IMG/VR virus record: IMGVR_UViG_3300047564_002169
Span: 34,587-98,586 of that record
Strand: one strand, 5' to 3'
Source of the DNA: a virus
DNA length: 64,000 bases
The translations under genes were made by a program, and so were the position numbers. Under the pieces are notes generated by a model, which was not told the origin of the DNA, ran no database searches, and saw only the letters and a list, made by a program, of their open reading frames with translations. Position 1 is the first letter of the stretch. Every line of letters begins with the position of its first letter. This document shows, in pieces, positions 55,557 to 64,000 of the stretch.

Positions 55557-55816
55557 AACGGGCAATTTTTTTAATTCCTATATTATTACTGAGTGGATGT
55601 TTTACAGCACCAGTGAATAATTCTTTTCCAGAAGTTCCTACAGAATTACTGGAAGCATGTCCTGATCTTAAGATCACGCCAGAAACTGAACAGTTGTCTG
55701 AAGTTCTTACGGTTGTCGTTGATAATTATGGCCAGTATCACGAATGTAAAATTAAAGTTGATGCTTGGGTGAAGTGGTATAAAATTCAAAAACAAATTTT
55801 TAATAGTGTGAACTGA
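55553..55816 (+). CDS. Probable outer-membrane spanin lipoprotein (Rz1-like)
   Basis: Lipobox LSGC, Pro-rich, C..L and Y..C cysteines. Confidence 0.75.
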   Translation: MKRAIFLIPILLLSGCFTAPVNNSFPEVPTELLEACPDLKITPETEQLSEVLTVVVDNYGQYHECKIKVDAWVKWYKIQKQIFNSVN

Positions 55817-55863
55817 CCCTACTGTGGGCACTATTTATAAAAGGATGTCACGAAAAGATAACC

Positions 55864-56217
55864 ATGGAACAAGAAAGAATCGCTAAATTGGAAGCCCAAG
55901 TAGAATCCATCAAAGAAGATGTGAAAGAAGCCAGAGATGACATCAAAGAACTTCATTCTCGTATCACAACTCAGACAAGAGAGATTGTTGATAAAATGGA
56001 TGATATGCAAACTCGCCTGGAACAAAAAATGAACGCGCAAGCCGAAATTTCCGCGACACAACATAAATCCATTCAACAAGAAATTCGCGACGATGTTCAA
56101 AACATTGAAAATAGAGTTTCTTCTTTAGAAAAATGGAAGTGGTATGTTATTGGCGCTGCAGGAGCAGTGGGCTACATGATCGCTCATATTGTTATGTTTG
56201 CAAAGTTTATAAAATAA
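55864..56217 (+). CDS. Coiled-coil protein with C-terminal TM (possible holin/lysis accessory)
   Basis: Heptad repeats then KWKWYVIGAAGAVGY hydrophobic tail; next to the spanins. Confidence 0.55.
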   Translation: MEQERIAKLEAQVESIKEDVKEARDDIKELHSRITTQTREIVDKMDDMQTRLEQKMNAQAEISATQHKSIQQEIRDDVQNIENRVSSLEKWKWYVIGAAGAVGYMIAHIVMFAKFIK

Positions 56218-56219
56218 AC

Positions 56220-56248
56220 TTGCTTTGCAAAAACGAATAGAGTATACT
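56220..56248 (+). promoter_or_regulatory. sigma70-type promoter for primase
   Basis: TTGCTT-17-TATACT. Confidence 0.7.
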
Positions 56249-56273
56249 TATACTCTATTTGTGGAGATTTGTC

Positions 56274-57299
56274 ATGTTATTCATTGATGTAAAATACACC
56301 AACATGCTTGGTGCTCGTTTACGCAACTTCAAACAAAAAAACGAATACCTCTGGAACTACTCGTGTCCAGTTTGCGGGGATTCTTCGCGCAACAAACTTA
56401 AAGCGCGTGGCTACATCTATCGCGCAAAACAGGATTTGTTTGCGAAGTGCCACAATTGTGGGTATTCTACCAACATTGGTAATCTTATCAAACACGTTGA
56501 CGTTAATTTATATGATCAGTATGTTCTTGAACGCTACAAAGCTGGTGCAACGAAGCATAATGCCCACAAAGACGTAGCGCCTCTTATCCCAGAGCCTAAA
56601 AAAGTAGAACTGCTTGAGGATGAGGTACTCTCCTCACTAAAAAGATTGGACGCGTTGGATGTTTCTCATCCAGCTGTGAAATATGTATTGGAAAGAAAAA
56701 TTCCGCGTGATAAATGGCATCTTCTTTACTTTGCGCCTAAGTTTAAAAAGTTCACCAATTCAATCACGCCAAAGTTTGCAGAGCCTATTGTTGATGACCA
56801 CCCAAGGATGATTATTCCTTTTTTCAACAGAGCAGGTAAATGTTTCGCGTTTCAAGCTAGAGCATATGGTAACGAGGAGCCTAAGTATTATACCATCAAG
56901 GTGGATGAGACAGAAGAAAAGATTTATGGTTTAGACAGAGTTGATTTTGGAAAAAGAATCTATGTTGTAGAAGGTCCAATTGATAGTTTGTTTCTACCAA
57001 ACGCTATTGCAGTATCCGGTTCTAGTTTCGACACCCCTACTATCCGTCAGTTGCTCACTAATGCAACCATTGTGATGGACAACGAACCGCGAAACAAAGA
57101 GATCGTTAAACAGTTACAAAAATATATTGAGTTAGGCTATTCTGTCTGCATGTTCCCATCGAGTGTACAACAGAAAGACATTAATGATATGATTTCACAC
57201 AGTGGAATGACACCAGACCAAATTGTAGAACTCATAAATACAAACACTTATACTGGTATGGAAGCAAAATTGCAGTTTATACATTGGAGAAAAATTTGA
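56274..57299 (+). CDS. gp61: DNA primase
   Basis: CPVCGDS...CHNC zinc ribbon, EGPIDS, DNEPRN, KDINDM. Confidence 0.96.
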   Translation: MLFIDVKYTNMLGARLRNFKQKNEYLWNYSCPVCGDSSRNKLKARGYIYRAKQDLFAKCHNCGYSTNIGNLIKHVDVNLYDQYVLERYKAGATKHNAHKDVAPLIPEPKKVELLEDEVLSSLKRLDALDVSHPAVKYVLERKIPRDKWHLLYFAPKFKKFTNSITPKFAEPIVDDHPRMIIPFFNRAGKCFAFQARAYGNEEPKYYTIKVDETEEKIYGLDRVDFGKRIYVVEGPIDSLFLPNAIAVSGSSFDTPTIRQLLTNATIVMDNEPRNKEIVKQLQKYIELGYSVCMFPSSVQQKDINDMISHSGMTPDQIVELINTNTYTGMEAKLQFIHWRKI

Positions 57300-57316
57300 A
57301 CAAAAGGAATGGTGAT

Positions 57317-57997
57317 ATGAAAGTTAGACTAATATCATATAGCAAACCAACAGAAGCACTTGAGGATAGTAACATTTCCGATATCCAAGAATTAGTAGCA
57401 TTTTGCGCTAGAGTTTCTAATCCTAACAATCAATATAATAATACTACGTCATCAAAATTAGTAAAGTATTTAATCGCCAATAAACACTTTAGTCCACTAG
57501 AAATGGTGAATGCATGCATTGAGATTGAAACGACTCGCGATATTGCTCGACAGATTCTAAGACATCGTTCTTTTTCATTTCAAGAATTCTCTCAACGATA
57601 TGCTGATCCGACTAAGGATCTCTCATTTGTTCTACGTGAAGCGCGTTTACAAGACGAAAAGAATCGACAAAATAGTATTGAGATGGAACCCACCATCGGT
57701 AACGTGATGATCCAAGATGAGTGGAAACAACGTCAACAAGATCTTCTTCGTATGGTCGCTGACACATACAACTGGGCTATTAGTAAAGGCATCGCCAAAG
57801 AACAGGCAAGAGTGGTACTTCCAGAAGGGCTCACTGTGTCTCGTCTTTATATGAACGGCACATTGCGTAGCTGGATACACTACTGCGAATTAAGAATGGC
57901 GAATGGAACACAAAAAGAACACGCTGATATTGCTAAAGAAATTGCCAAGGTAATTGCTGAAGTGTTTCCATTGGCTAATGAATTTGTAAATCAATAA
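57317..57997 (+). CDS. thyX: Flavin-dependent thymidylate synthase
   Basis: H.SPLE, RQILRHRSFSFQEFSQRY, LR....TQKEH. Confidence 0.96.
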   Translation: MKVRLISYSKPTEALEDSNISDIQELVAFCARVSNPNNQYNNTTSSKLVKYLIANKHFSPLEMVNACIEIETTRDIARQILRHRSFSFQEFSQRYADPTKDLSFVLREARLQDEKNRQNSIEMEPTIGNVMIQDEWKQRQQDLLRMVADTYNWAISKGIAKEQARVVLPEGLTVSRLYMNGTLRSWIHYCELRMANGTQKEHADIAKEIAKVIAEVFPLANEFVNQ

Positions 57998-58014
57998 AAA
58001 TAATCGGAGAAAAG

Positions 58015-59814
58015 ATGGAAGAAATTGTGCACGGCATAAGGGTTGACTATTCTCGTGATAACTTGTTTGATGAACTCGGAAAGATACGTCTAAAAGAAAG
58101 TTACATGAAAGACGAAGAAACTTCTCCACAAGAAAGGTTCGCGTATGTTTCGTCTAAGTTTGGTAGTAATCCTGCTCATGCTCAACGGTTGTACGACTAC
58201 TCCAGTAAGCACTGGTTGTCGTATTCAACCCCGATTTTATCTTTTGGGCGTAGCAAACGCGGATTGCCGATTAGCTGTTTTCTTAACTATATCGAAGACA
58301 CCGCAGAAGGTCTAGTCGATAATCTTTCTGAAACTAATTGGCTGTCAATGCTCGGTGGTGGTGTCGGAGTTGGATTCGGTATTCGTTCAGCGGATGACAA
58401 ATCCACTGGAGTCATGCCACACTTGAAAATGTACGACGCATCTTCTTTGGCATACCGTCAGGGGCGCACTCGTCGTGGAAGTTATGCTGCGTATCTAGAT
58501 ATTTCTCATCCAGATATTATCTCATTTTTAGAAATGAGAAAACCGACTGGTGATCAAAACATGCGATGTTTAAACCTGCATCATGGAGTGAACATTCCAG
58601 ATTCTTTCATGGAAATTATAGAAAAATCTATGATTGATTCTGACTTTGATGATTCTTGGGAATTAAAAGACCCACATAGTGGCGAGATTCGAGAAAAAGT
58701 TTCTGCCAAAGAATTGTGGCAGCGTATTCTTGAGATGCGCATGACTACTGGTGAACCATATCTACATTTTATTGATGAATCAAATAGACAATTACCGCAT
58801 TGGTTAAAAGATAAAGGATTGAAAGTTCATCAATCTAATCTATGTTCTGAGATTATTCTTCCAACAAATGAAGAAAGAACAGCTGTGTGTTGCCTTTCTT
58901 CTTTAAATGTAGAGTATTATGACGAGTGGAAGAATGAACCATTGTTCTTACGCGATGTGGCTGAGATGTTAGATAATGTTCTTCAATTCTTTATTGAAAA
59001 CGCACCATCTAGTATTAAACGCGCACAATATTCTGCGATGAGAGAAAGAAGCATCGGCGTTGGCGCGTTGGGGTGGCATGCTTTCTTACAAAGGAATAAT
59101 ATTCCATGGCAATCATCGTTGGCAGTTGGTAGAAATAAACAAATCTTTAAACACATAAGAGAAGGTTTAGATCGCGCGAATAAAGAACTTGGATCAGAAA
59201 GAGGTGAAGCTCCGGACGCTGAGGGTACTGGTAATAGATTTTCTCATTTAATGGCGATAGCACCAAATGCGTCAAGTTCCATTCTTATGGGTAACACTTC
59301 CCCTAGTATTGAACCTTACAGAGCAAACTGTTATCGTCAAGACACATTATCGGGATCGCACCTAAACAAGAATAGGTATTTGGACAAAATTATTCAAAAA
59401 GAAGCTGAGAAACATCATGAAGGATGGGCTGAAGATGTGTGGCGTTCGATTATTGCGAATGATGGTAGCGTTCAGCACATTGATTGGATGGACGACTGGA
59501 CAAAAGATGTATTCAAGACTTCTATGGAAATTGACCAGCGTTGGGTCATTCAACACGCCGCAGATCGTCAAGAATTCATCGATCAAGCGCAATCGTTAAA
59601 TGTATTCTTTAGACCAGATTCTCATATTAAATACATACACGCGGTTCACTTTATGGCATGGCAGAAAAAATTAAAAACGATGTATTACTGCCGTTCTGAT
59701 AAAATCGCTAAAGCTGACAAAGTGTCGAAGCGAATTGAAAGAGAAGTCATCAAAGAAATTGATCTGAAATCTCTTGCTGGTGGGGAGTCCGATTGTTTAT
59801 CTTGCGAAGGTTGA
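58015..59814 (+). CDS. nrdA: Ribonucleotide reductase class I alpha subunit (short, no obvious ATP-cone)
   Basis: ISCFL, SNLCSEI, APNASSS, KTMYY, C-terminal CLSCEG. Confidence 0.96.
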   Translation: MEEIVHGIRVDYSRDNLFDELGKIRLKESYMKDEETSPQERFAYVSSKFGSNPAHAQRLYDYSSKHWLSYSTPILSFGRSKRGLPISCFLNYIEDTAEGLVDNLSETNWLSMLGGGVGVGFGIRSADDKSTGVMPHLKMYDASSLAYRQGRTRRGSYAAYLDISHPDIISFLEMRKPTGDQNMRCLNLHHGVNIPDSFMEIIEKSMIDSDFDDSWELKDPHSGEIREKVSAKELWQRILEMRMTTGEPYLHFIDESNRQLPHWLKDKGLKVHQSNLCSEIILPTNEERTAVCCLSSLNVEYYDEWKNEPLFLRDVAEMLDNVLQFFIENAPSSIKRAQYSAMRERSIGVGALGWHAFLQRNNIPWQSSLAVGRNKQIFKHIREGLDRANKELGSERGEAPDAEGTGNRFSHLMAIAPNASSSILMGNTSPSIEPYRANCYRQDTLSGSHLNKNRYLDKIIQKEAEKHHEGWAEDVWRSIIANDGSVQHIDWMDDWTKDVFKTSMEIDQRWVIQHAADRQEFIDQAQSLNVFFRPDSHIKYIHAVHFMAWQKKLKTMYYCRSDKIAKADKVSKRIEREVIKEIDLKSLAGGESDCLSCEG

Positions 59815-59871
59815 ATATGTGAGGGATTGTGAAGTATAGGATTTTATAAATAGTCTAAAAGGAGGCTGTTT

Positions 59872-60456
59872 ATGAATTATCAAAAAATTTATCAATCCCT
59901 AACTAAATCTAGACAAGAAATCAGAGAATCAACCAGATGTGTAGGGTTTGAATTGCATCATATAGTTCCAAAATGTATGGGTGGTTCGAATGAAAAGGAA
60001 AATTTAGTTCTGTTGACGTACAGAGAACATTTTATTGCACATTGGTTATTGACAAAGATCTATCCAGATAACCCTAAAGTTCATTATGGCTTTTTGTGTA
60101 TGGTGCGAGATCCTCATGGAGACAGAAAGTTAACTTCTAGAATGGTTGAAACTATTAAGAAAAATTACTCTGAGTTCAAAAAATGGCATTCAAAAATCAA
60201 CAATCCTGGAAGATCTGAAACCTCAAGAGATGCAGCAAGAAAAAGAATGACGGAAAGAAATCCAAATCAAGGCGGCGCAACTAATCATACAGCATACCCA
60301 GTAGAAGTCACCTTCTCTGATGGTAGGGTGGAAACGTTCGAATATATGAAGCAAGTATCTGAAAAACTAAATGTTCCTTATAGTTCCCTGAAAGTCGCTA
60401 ATAGAAATAGAACAGAAATGAGAAAATATAACATTAAAGGTATCAAGAAAATATGA
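59872..60456 (+). mobile_element. HNH homing endonuclease (mobE-like position)
   Basis: ELHHIVPKCMGGSN...NLV.LT.REHF.AH; late promoter TATAAATA at 59845. Confidence 0.9.
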
Positions 60457-60875
60457 AAAACATTATAATTGCATTATCAATGGTTTTAGTTAGCGCGGCA
60501 GTCAATGCTGAAACTTATTCTTGGAAGGTTAACCGCGTCAACGATGGCGATACTGTGGTTTTTAATGTTGATTTTCTTCCTCCACCGTTGAAACCACAGT
60601 TGGCTGTGCGGGTTGCCGGGATTGATACTCCAGAAAAAGGTCATTTAGCTAAGTGCGACAAAGAACGAGAACTATCAGCCAAAGCGACTGAGTTTACTAA
60701 AGCATTTATCAAAAATGGTAAAAATATCTTAGTTAAGTTAATTGGTTGGGATAAATACGGTGGGCGTGTACTAGGCGATATCATCGTTGATGGTAACTCT
60801 CTATCAGCTAACTTGCTATCCAATGGTTATGCTAGAGAATATGACGGTGGTACCAAAAAAGGTTGGTGTAATTAA
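60453..60875 (+). CDS. Staphylococcal nuclease (SNase)-like protein with signal peptide
   Basis: DGDT, R..GIDTPE, DKYGGR; N-terminal signal MKNIIIALSMVLVSAAVNA. Confidence 0.9.
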   Translation: MKNIIIALSMVLVSAAVNAETYSWKVNRVNDGDTVVFNVDFLPPPLKPQLAVRVAGIDTPEKGHLAKCDKERELSAKATEFTKAFIKNGKNILVKLIGWDKYGGRVLGDIIVDGNSLSANLLSNGYAREYDGGTKKGWCN

Positions 60876-60903
60876 ACGCATGCCTACGAAATAAGGTAAA
60901 AAT

Positions 60904-61899
60904 ATGAGAAAAACACATAATCAATTAAAGCTAACAGATGAGCGTAGTTATTTTCGTCCATTTTCTTATCCGTGGGCATATGATGCTTGGCTGAAACATG
61001 AACAAGCTCATTGGTTACACACAGAAGTTCCTATGGCAGAGGATGTTAAAGATTGGAAAAAGAAATTAAGTAAAGAAGAGAAAGATTTTTTAACAAACAT
61101 CTTTCGTTTCTTTACACAAGGTGATATTGATGTAGCCGGGGGATATGTAAAAAATTATCTTCCGCATTTTCCTCAACCAGAAGTTCGTATGATGTTGATG
61201 GGCTTTGCTGCTCGCGAAGCATTACACATTGCTGCGTATAGTCATTTGATTGAAACGTTAGGGTTGCCAGAAAGCACATATAATCAATTTCTTGAGTATC
61301 AGGCAATGAGAGACAAACATGATTATGTTCTAGATGTTAGTTCCAAGAGTGGTACTCTTGAATCAACTGCTACTCATATCGCAGTGTTTTCTGCATTCAC
61401 CGAGGGTATGCAATTGTTTTCTTCTTTTATCATGCTTTTGAATTTCCCGCGCCATGGTATTATGAAGGGTATGGGGCAGATTGTTACTTGGTCTATCGTT
61501 GATGAAACTATGCATGCAGAGTCAATGATGCGTCTGTTCAAAGAGTATATTAAAGAGACGCCAGAAATTTGGAACGATTCGTTGAAAAGTAGAATTTATA
61601 CCATTGCTGAAAAGATGGTTGAGTTGGAAGATAAATTTATCGACCTGGCGTTTGCTAATGGCGACATGCGTGACTTACGGTCAGAAGATGTTAAACATTA
61701 CATTCGTTATATTGCAGATCGCCGCTTAATTGGTCTTGGTATGAGAGGGGTGTTCAAAGTTAAAAAGAACCCACTACCGTGGGTTGAAGAAATGATCAAT
61801 GCGCCAATCCACGGAAATTTCTTCGAAGGGAGAGTCACGGATTACGCTAAAGGTGCATTGTCTGGTTCTTGGGATGACGTTTGGGGGAAAGCATCATGA
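60904..61899 (+). CDS. nrdB: Ribonucleotide reductase class I beta subunit
   Basis: FFTQGD, REALH...YS, EG..LFSSF, DETMH, NFFE. Confidence 0.96.
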   Translation: MRKTHNQLKLTDERSYFRPFSYPWAYDAWLKHEQAHWLHTEVPMAEDVKDWKKKLSKEEKDFLTNIFRFFTQGDIDVAGGYVKNYLPHFPQPEVRMMLMGFAAREALHIAAYSHLIETLGLPESTYNQFLEYQAMRDKHDYVLDVSSKSGTLESTATHIAVFSAFTEGMQLFSSFIMLLNFPRHGIMKGMGQIVTWSIVDETMHAESMMRLFKEYIKETPEIWNDSLKSRIYTIAEKMVELEDKFIDLAFANGDMRDLRSEDVKHYIRYIADRRLIGLGMRGVFKVKKNPLPWVEEMINAPIHGNFFEGRVTDYAKGALSGSWDDVWGKAS

Positions 61900-62120
61900 T
61901 ATCAGTAGAACAATTAGTTGAACTTGCGAGAGAGGTAGAAAGCGAAGACCCAATTGATTGGGGTATGCTTTCTATTGACGAGGATACGGCGTATCGCCTT
62001 ATTGCGTCTCAGGTTATTGAATTATATAACACAAACGATCAACTGACTATGTTGGCAAGTATAACAAAGTTAATTGTAGAAAACTTTGTGCTCAATCTTA
62101 AACTACGAGGTATGAAATAA
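61896..62120 (+). CDS. Hypothetical protein
   Basis: DPIDWG.L, KL.VENF.LN; ATGA coupling. Confidence 0.7.
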   Translation: MISVEQLVELAREVESEDPIDWGMLSIDEDTAYRLIASQVIELYNTNDQLTMLASITKLIVENFVLNLKLRGMK

Positions 62121-62269
62121 TGGCTACAAAATACTTTGAGTGTGATGAATGTGGCGCGAGAGGGAAAATTATTCTCAAGGGCGAAGATCACAGTATAGAA
62201 GATTGTGTGTATTGCCCAATTTGCTCAGCAGACATTTATGAAGAAGAAGATATTGAAGATGACGAGTAA
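62120..62269 (+). CDS. Small zinc-ribbon protein (not in the ORF track)
   Basis: MATKYFECDECG...YCPICSADIYEEEDIEDDE: two CxxC pairs and an acidic tail; TAATG coupling. Confidence 0.75.
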   Translation: MATKYFECDECGARGKIILKGEDHSIEDCVYCPICSADIYEEEDIEDDE

Positions 62270-62296
62270 TTCGAAATATTGGAAGAATAGAATATA

Positions 62297-62695
62297 ATGT
62301 CTTGGATATATCAAGGAATTCCGCTGACTGAAATTCCAGAAGGCTATGCTGCTTTTGTTTATCTTATCACAAACAAAATAAACAATAAAAAGTACATTGG
62401 TAAAAAACTATTTTATTTTTCAAAAACTAAAATATTGAAAGGTAAAAGGAAACGAATTAAAGTTGAATCGGATTGGAAAGATTACTGGTCATCTTCTGAA
62501 GATGTTAAAAAAGATGTTAAGGAATTGGGCGAAGAGAACTTCGAAAGAACTATATTAAAGTTGTGTATAAATAAAGGCAGTGCTTCTTATTTTGAGGCAA
62601 AGGAACAATTTATCAACGAAGTTTTGGAAAACCCTGACCTGTGGTATAACGGTCAAATACACGTAAGGGTGCACCGCTCACATATTAAAAAATGA
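62297..62695 (+). CDS. Single-domain GIY-YIG endonuclease (EndoII/DenA-like position)
   Basis: FVYLITN....KYIGKK, SDW..YWSS, E...Q, YNG. Confidence 0.85.
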   Translation: MSWIYQGIPLTEIPEGYAAFVYLITNKINNKKYIGKKLFYFSKTKILKGKRKRIKVESDWKDYWSSSEDVKKDVKELGEENFERTILKLCINKGSASYFEAKEQFINEVLENPDLWYNGQIHVRVHRSHIKK

Positions 62696-63804
62696 CTTAT
62701 CTATTATTTGCAGTCGCTCTATCTTTATCCGCAGTCGCCGCATGGTACGCGATAGCTGGACTTGTAGCTATTTTCGCTGGATCTACGATCGCGATTATAA
62801 TTATGGGGTCATTGCTGGAAGCGTCAAAATTGGTAGTGGCTTCTTGGCTTTACAGAAATTGGAAAGAAATTCCAAAGCTGCTAAAAACCTATTTTGTTTT
62901 CGCCCTGATTATTCTGATGTTACTCACGTCGATGGGTATTTTTGGATTTTTATCAAAAGCGCATCTTGACCATGGAATCCCACTTGGAGATGTCCAAGCT
63001 AAACTGGCATTGCTTGACGAAAAAATTAAAACAGAAAAAGAAAATATAAATGCATCTCGCGCAGCACTTGCTCAATTAGATAAACAGGTTGACCAAACTA
63101 TTGCCAGAACCGATACGGTGAAAGGTGCTGAACGTTCCATCACTATCCGTAGAGCGCAACAAACAGAACGAACAAAACTACTCAATGAAATAAGCGCGGC
63201 TCAAGTCAAAATCACCAAATATCAAGAAGACCGCGCACCACTGGCTGCAGAATTCCGTAAAGTCGAAGCAGACGTAGGACCGCTGAAATACATCGCAGCA
63301 TTAATTTATGGTGATAATACAGATTCTGCTTTATTAGAGAAAGCTGTTCGTTGGGTTATTATCATGATAGTTATCGTGTTTGATCCATTAGCGGTTTTAA
63401 TGTTAGTGGCAGCTAATTGGCAATTAAAATATGGAGAGAAAAAAGATGAGTTTCGGAAATTGCCCCTCGTGTCCAAAGAAGCTGCCACAACCACAGAAAC
63501 AAAGACCGCCGAAACCAAAAAAGAGATAGTGCTTCAAGATGTAGTTGATGTGGATGAAGACCATCTTCTAACTCAACGAGAAGAACGAGTTCTAAAAGAG
63601 TCCAGTGATATTGAGATTCCAGAGATCAAAGTTGACGAACACAATAAAGACTGGGAGCCTAATCTATTTGATAGAATTGAGTCAAACAAGCAAGTTGGTC
63701 GATACATGGCGGAGACTGGTAAAAAGCCTCCAAAGGTTCAAATATTCCTTAATAAAGTGCAATCGTTGTTTGCAGATAATAATCAAGACCCACAACAGAA
63801 ATAA
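62692..63804 (+). CDS. Membrane protein with coiled-coil domain
   Basis: N-terminal TM helices, TSMGIFGFLSKAH, EADVGPLKYIA, VFDPLA. Confidence 0.75.
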   Translation: MTYLLFAVALSLSAVAAWYAIAGLVAIFAGSTIAIIIMGSLLEASKLVVASWLYRNWKEIPKLLKTYFVFALIILMLLTSMGIFGFLSKAHLDHGIPLGDVQAKLALLDEKIKTEKENINASRAALAQLDKQVDQTIARTDTVKGAERSITIRRAQQTERTKLLNEISAAQVKITKYQEDRAPLAAEFRKVEADVGPLKYIAALIYGDNTDSALLEKAVRWVIIMIVIVFDPLAVLMLVAANWQLKYGEKKDEFRKLPLVSKEAATTTETKTAETKKEIVLQDVVDVDEDHLLTQREERVLKESSDIEIPEIKVDEHNKDWEPNLFDRIESNKQVGRYMAETGKKPPKVQIFLNKVQSLFADNNQDPQQK

Positions 63805-63874
63805 AGGTTATTCCTAAATAAAGAATTGATCAAATAGTTATATTATTAAAACTGTAACCAAATAAGGGTTTTAA

Positions 63875-63955
63875 ATGGCAAATTTTTTCGACTTCTGGAT
63901 GTGGTTCATGGTGCAGTTCTATTTTTCATTTTACAGAGTGTCTGGTAACGCATAA
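63875..63955 (+). CDS. Candidate 26-aa aromatic/hydrophobic peptide
   Basis: Late promoter at 63813, SD-like AAGGG, MANFFDFWMWFMVQFYFSFYRVSGNA*. Confidence 0.4.
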   Translation: MANFFDFWMWFMVQFYFSFYRVSGNA

Positions 63956-63972
63956 ACCAGCATCGTTTTTGC

Positions 63973-63999
63973 AAAACCCCTGTATACAGGGGTTTTTTT
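63973..63999 (+). terminator. Palindromic terminator
   Basis: AAAACCCCTGTA|TACAGGGGTTTT perfect 24-bp palindrome followed by a T-run. Confidence 0.75.
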
Positions 64000-64000
64000 C

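Noticed and set aside
58015-61899. Group I intron or intein in nrdA/nrdB (also checked gp17, gp41, gp43, uvsX)
   Set aside because: These ORFs are continuous and of normal length; the HNH gene is free-standing between nrdA and nrdB

Overview
A 64 kb segment of a large T4-like myophage with cyanophage/'exo-T4'-type gene order. A spanin pair and lipoproteins imply a Gram-negative host. Almost all genes are on the + strand. Order: virion module (end of gp15, gp17-gp23, gp3); recombination/transcription (frameshifted uvsY, uvsW, gp55, gp47, gp46); early VWA/MoxR genes; replisome (gp45, 44, 62, regA, hsp20, ligase, exonuclease, gp43, uvsX, gp41); a ~17 kb accessory block between gp41 and gp61; then gp61, thyX, nrdA, nrdB. 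The strongest candidate for a new system is a translationally coupled operon at 38703-44051: TET/JBP-like 2OG-Fe(II) dioxygenase, Ntn glutamine amidotransferase, COOH-NH2 amidoligase, LMW phosphatase, aGPT-PPase2-like amino-acid:DNA transferase and P-loop kinase. The dioxygenase ends in the same gp45 clamp-binding-type peptide as the DNA polymerase, which suggests replication-coupled, post-replicative hypermodification of DNA bases. Downstream is a PD-(D/E)xK nuclease and a late cluster of proteins with T4-like capsid-targeting N-termini (probably injected), including an RNA-ligase-like/NadD-like fusion and a polyprotein with duplicated AT-hooks. Other points: three free-standing homing endonucleases, a structured ~270 nt region upstream of hsp20, an H-type pseudoknot, an antisense promoter near uvsW and an apparent AUU start codon. 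No tRNA, rRNA, CRISPR array or intron was seen. All family assignments come from motif recognition; no database searches were run.
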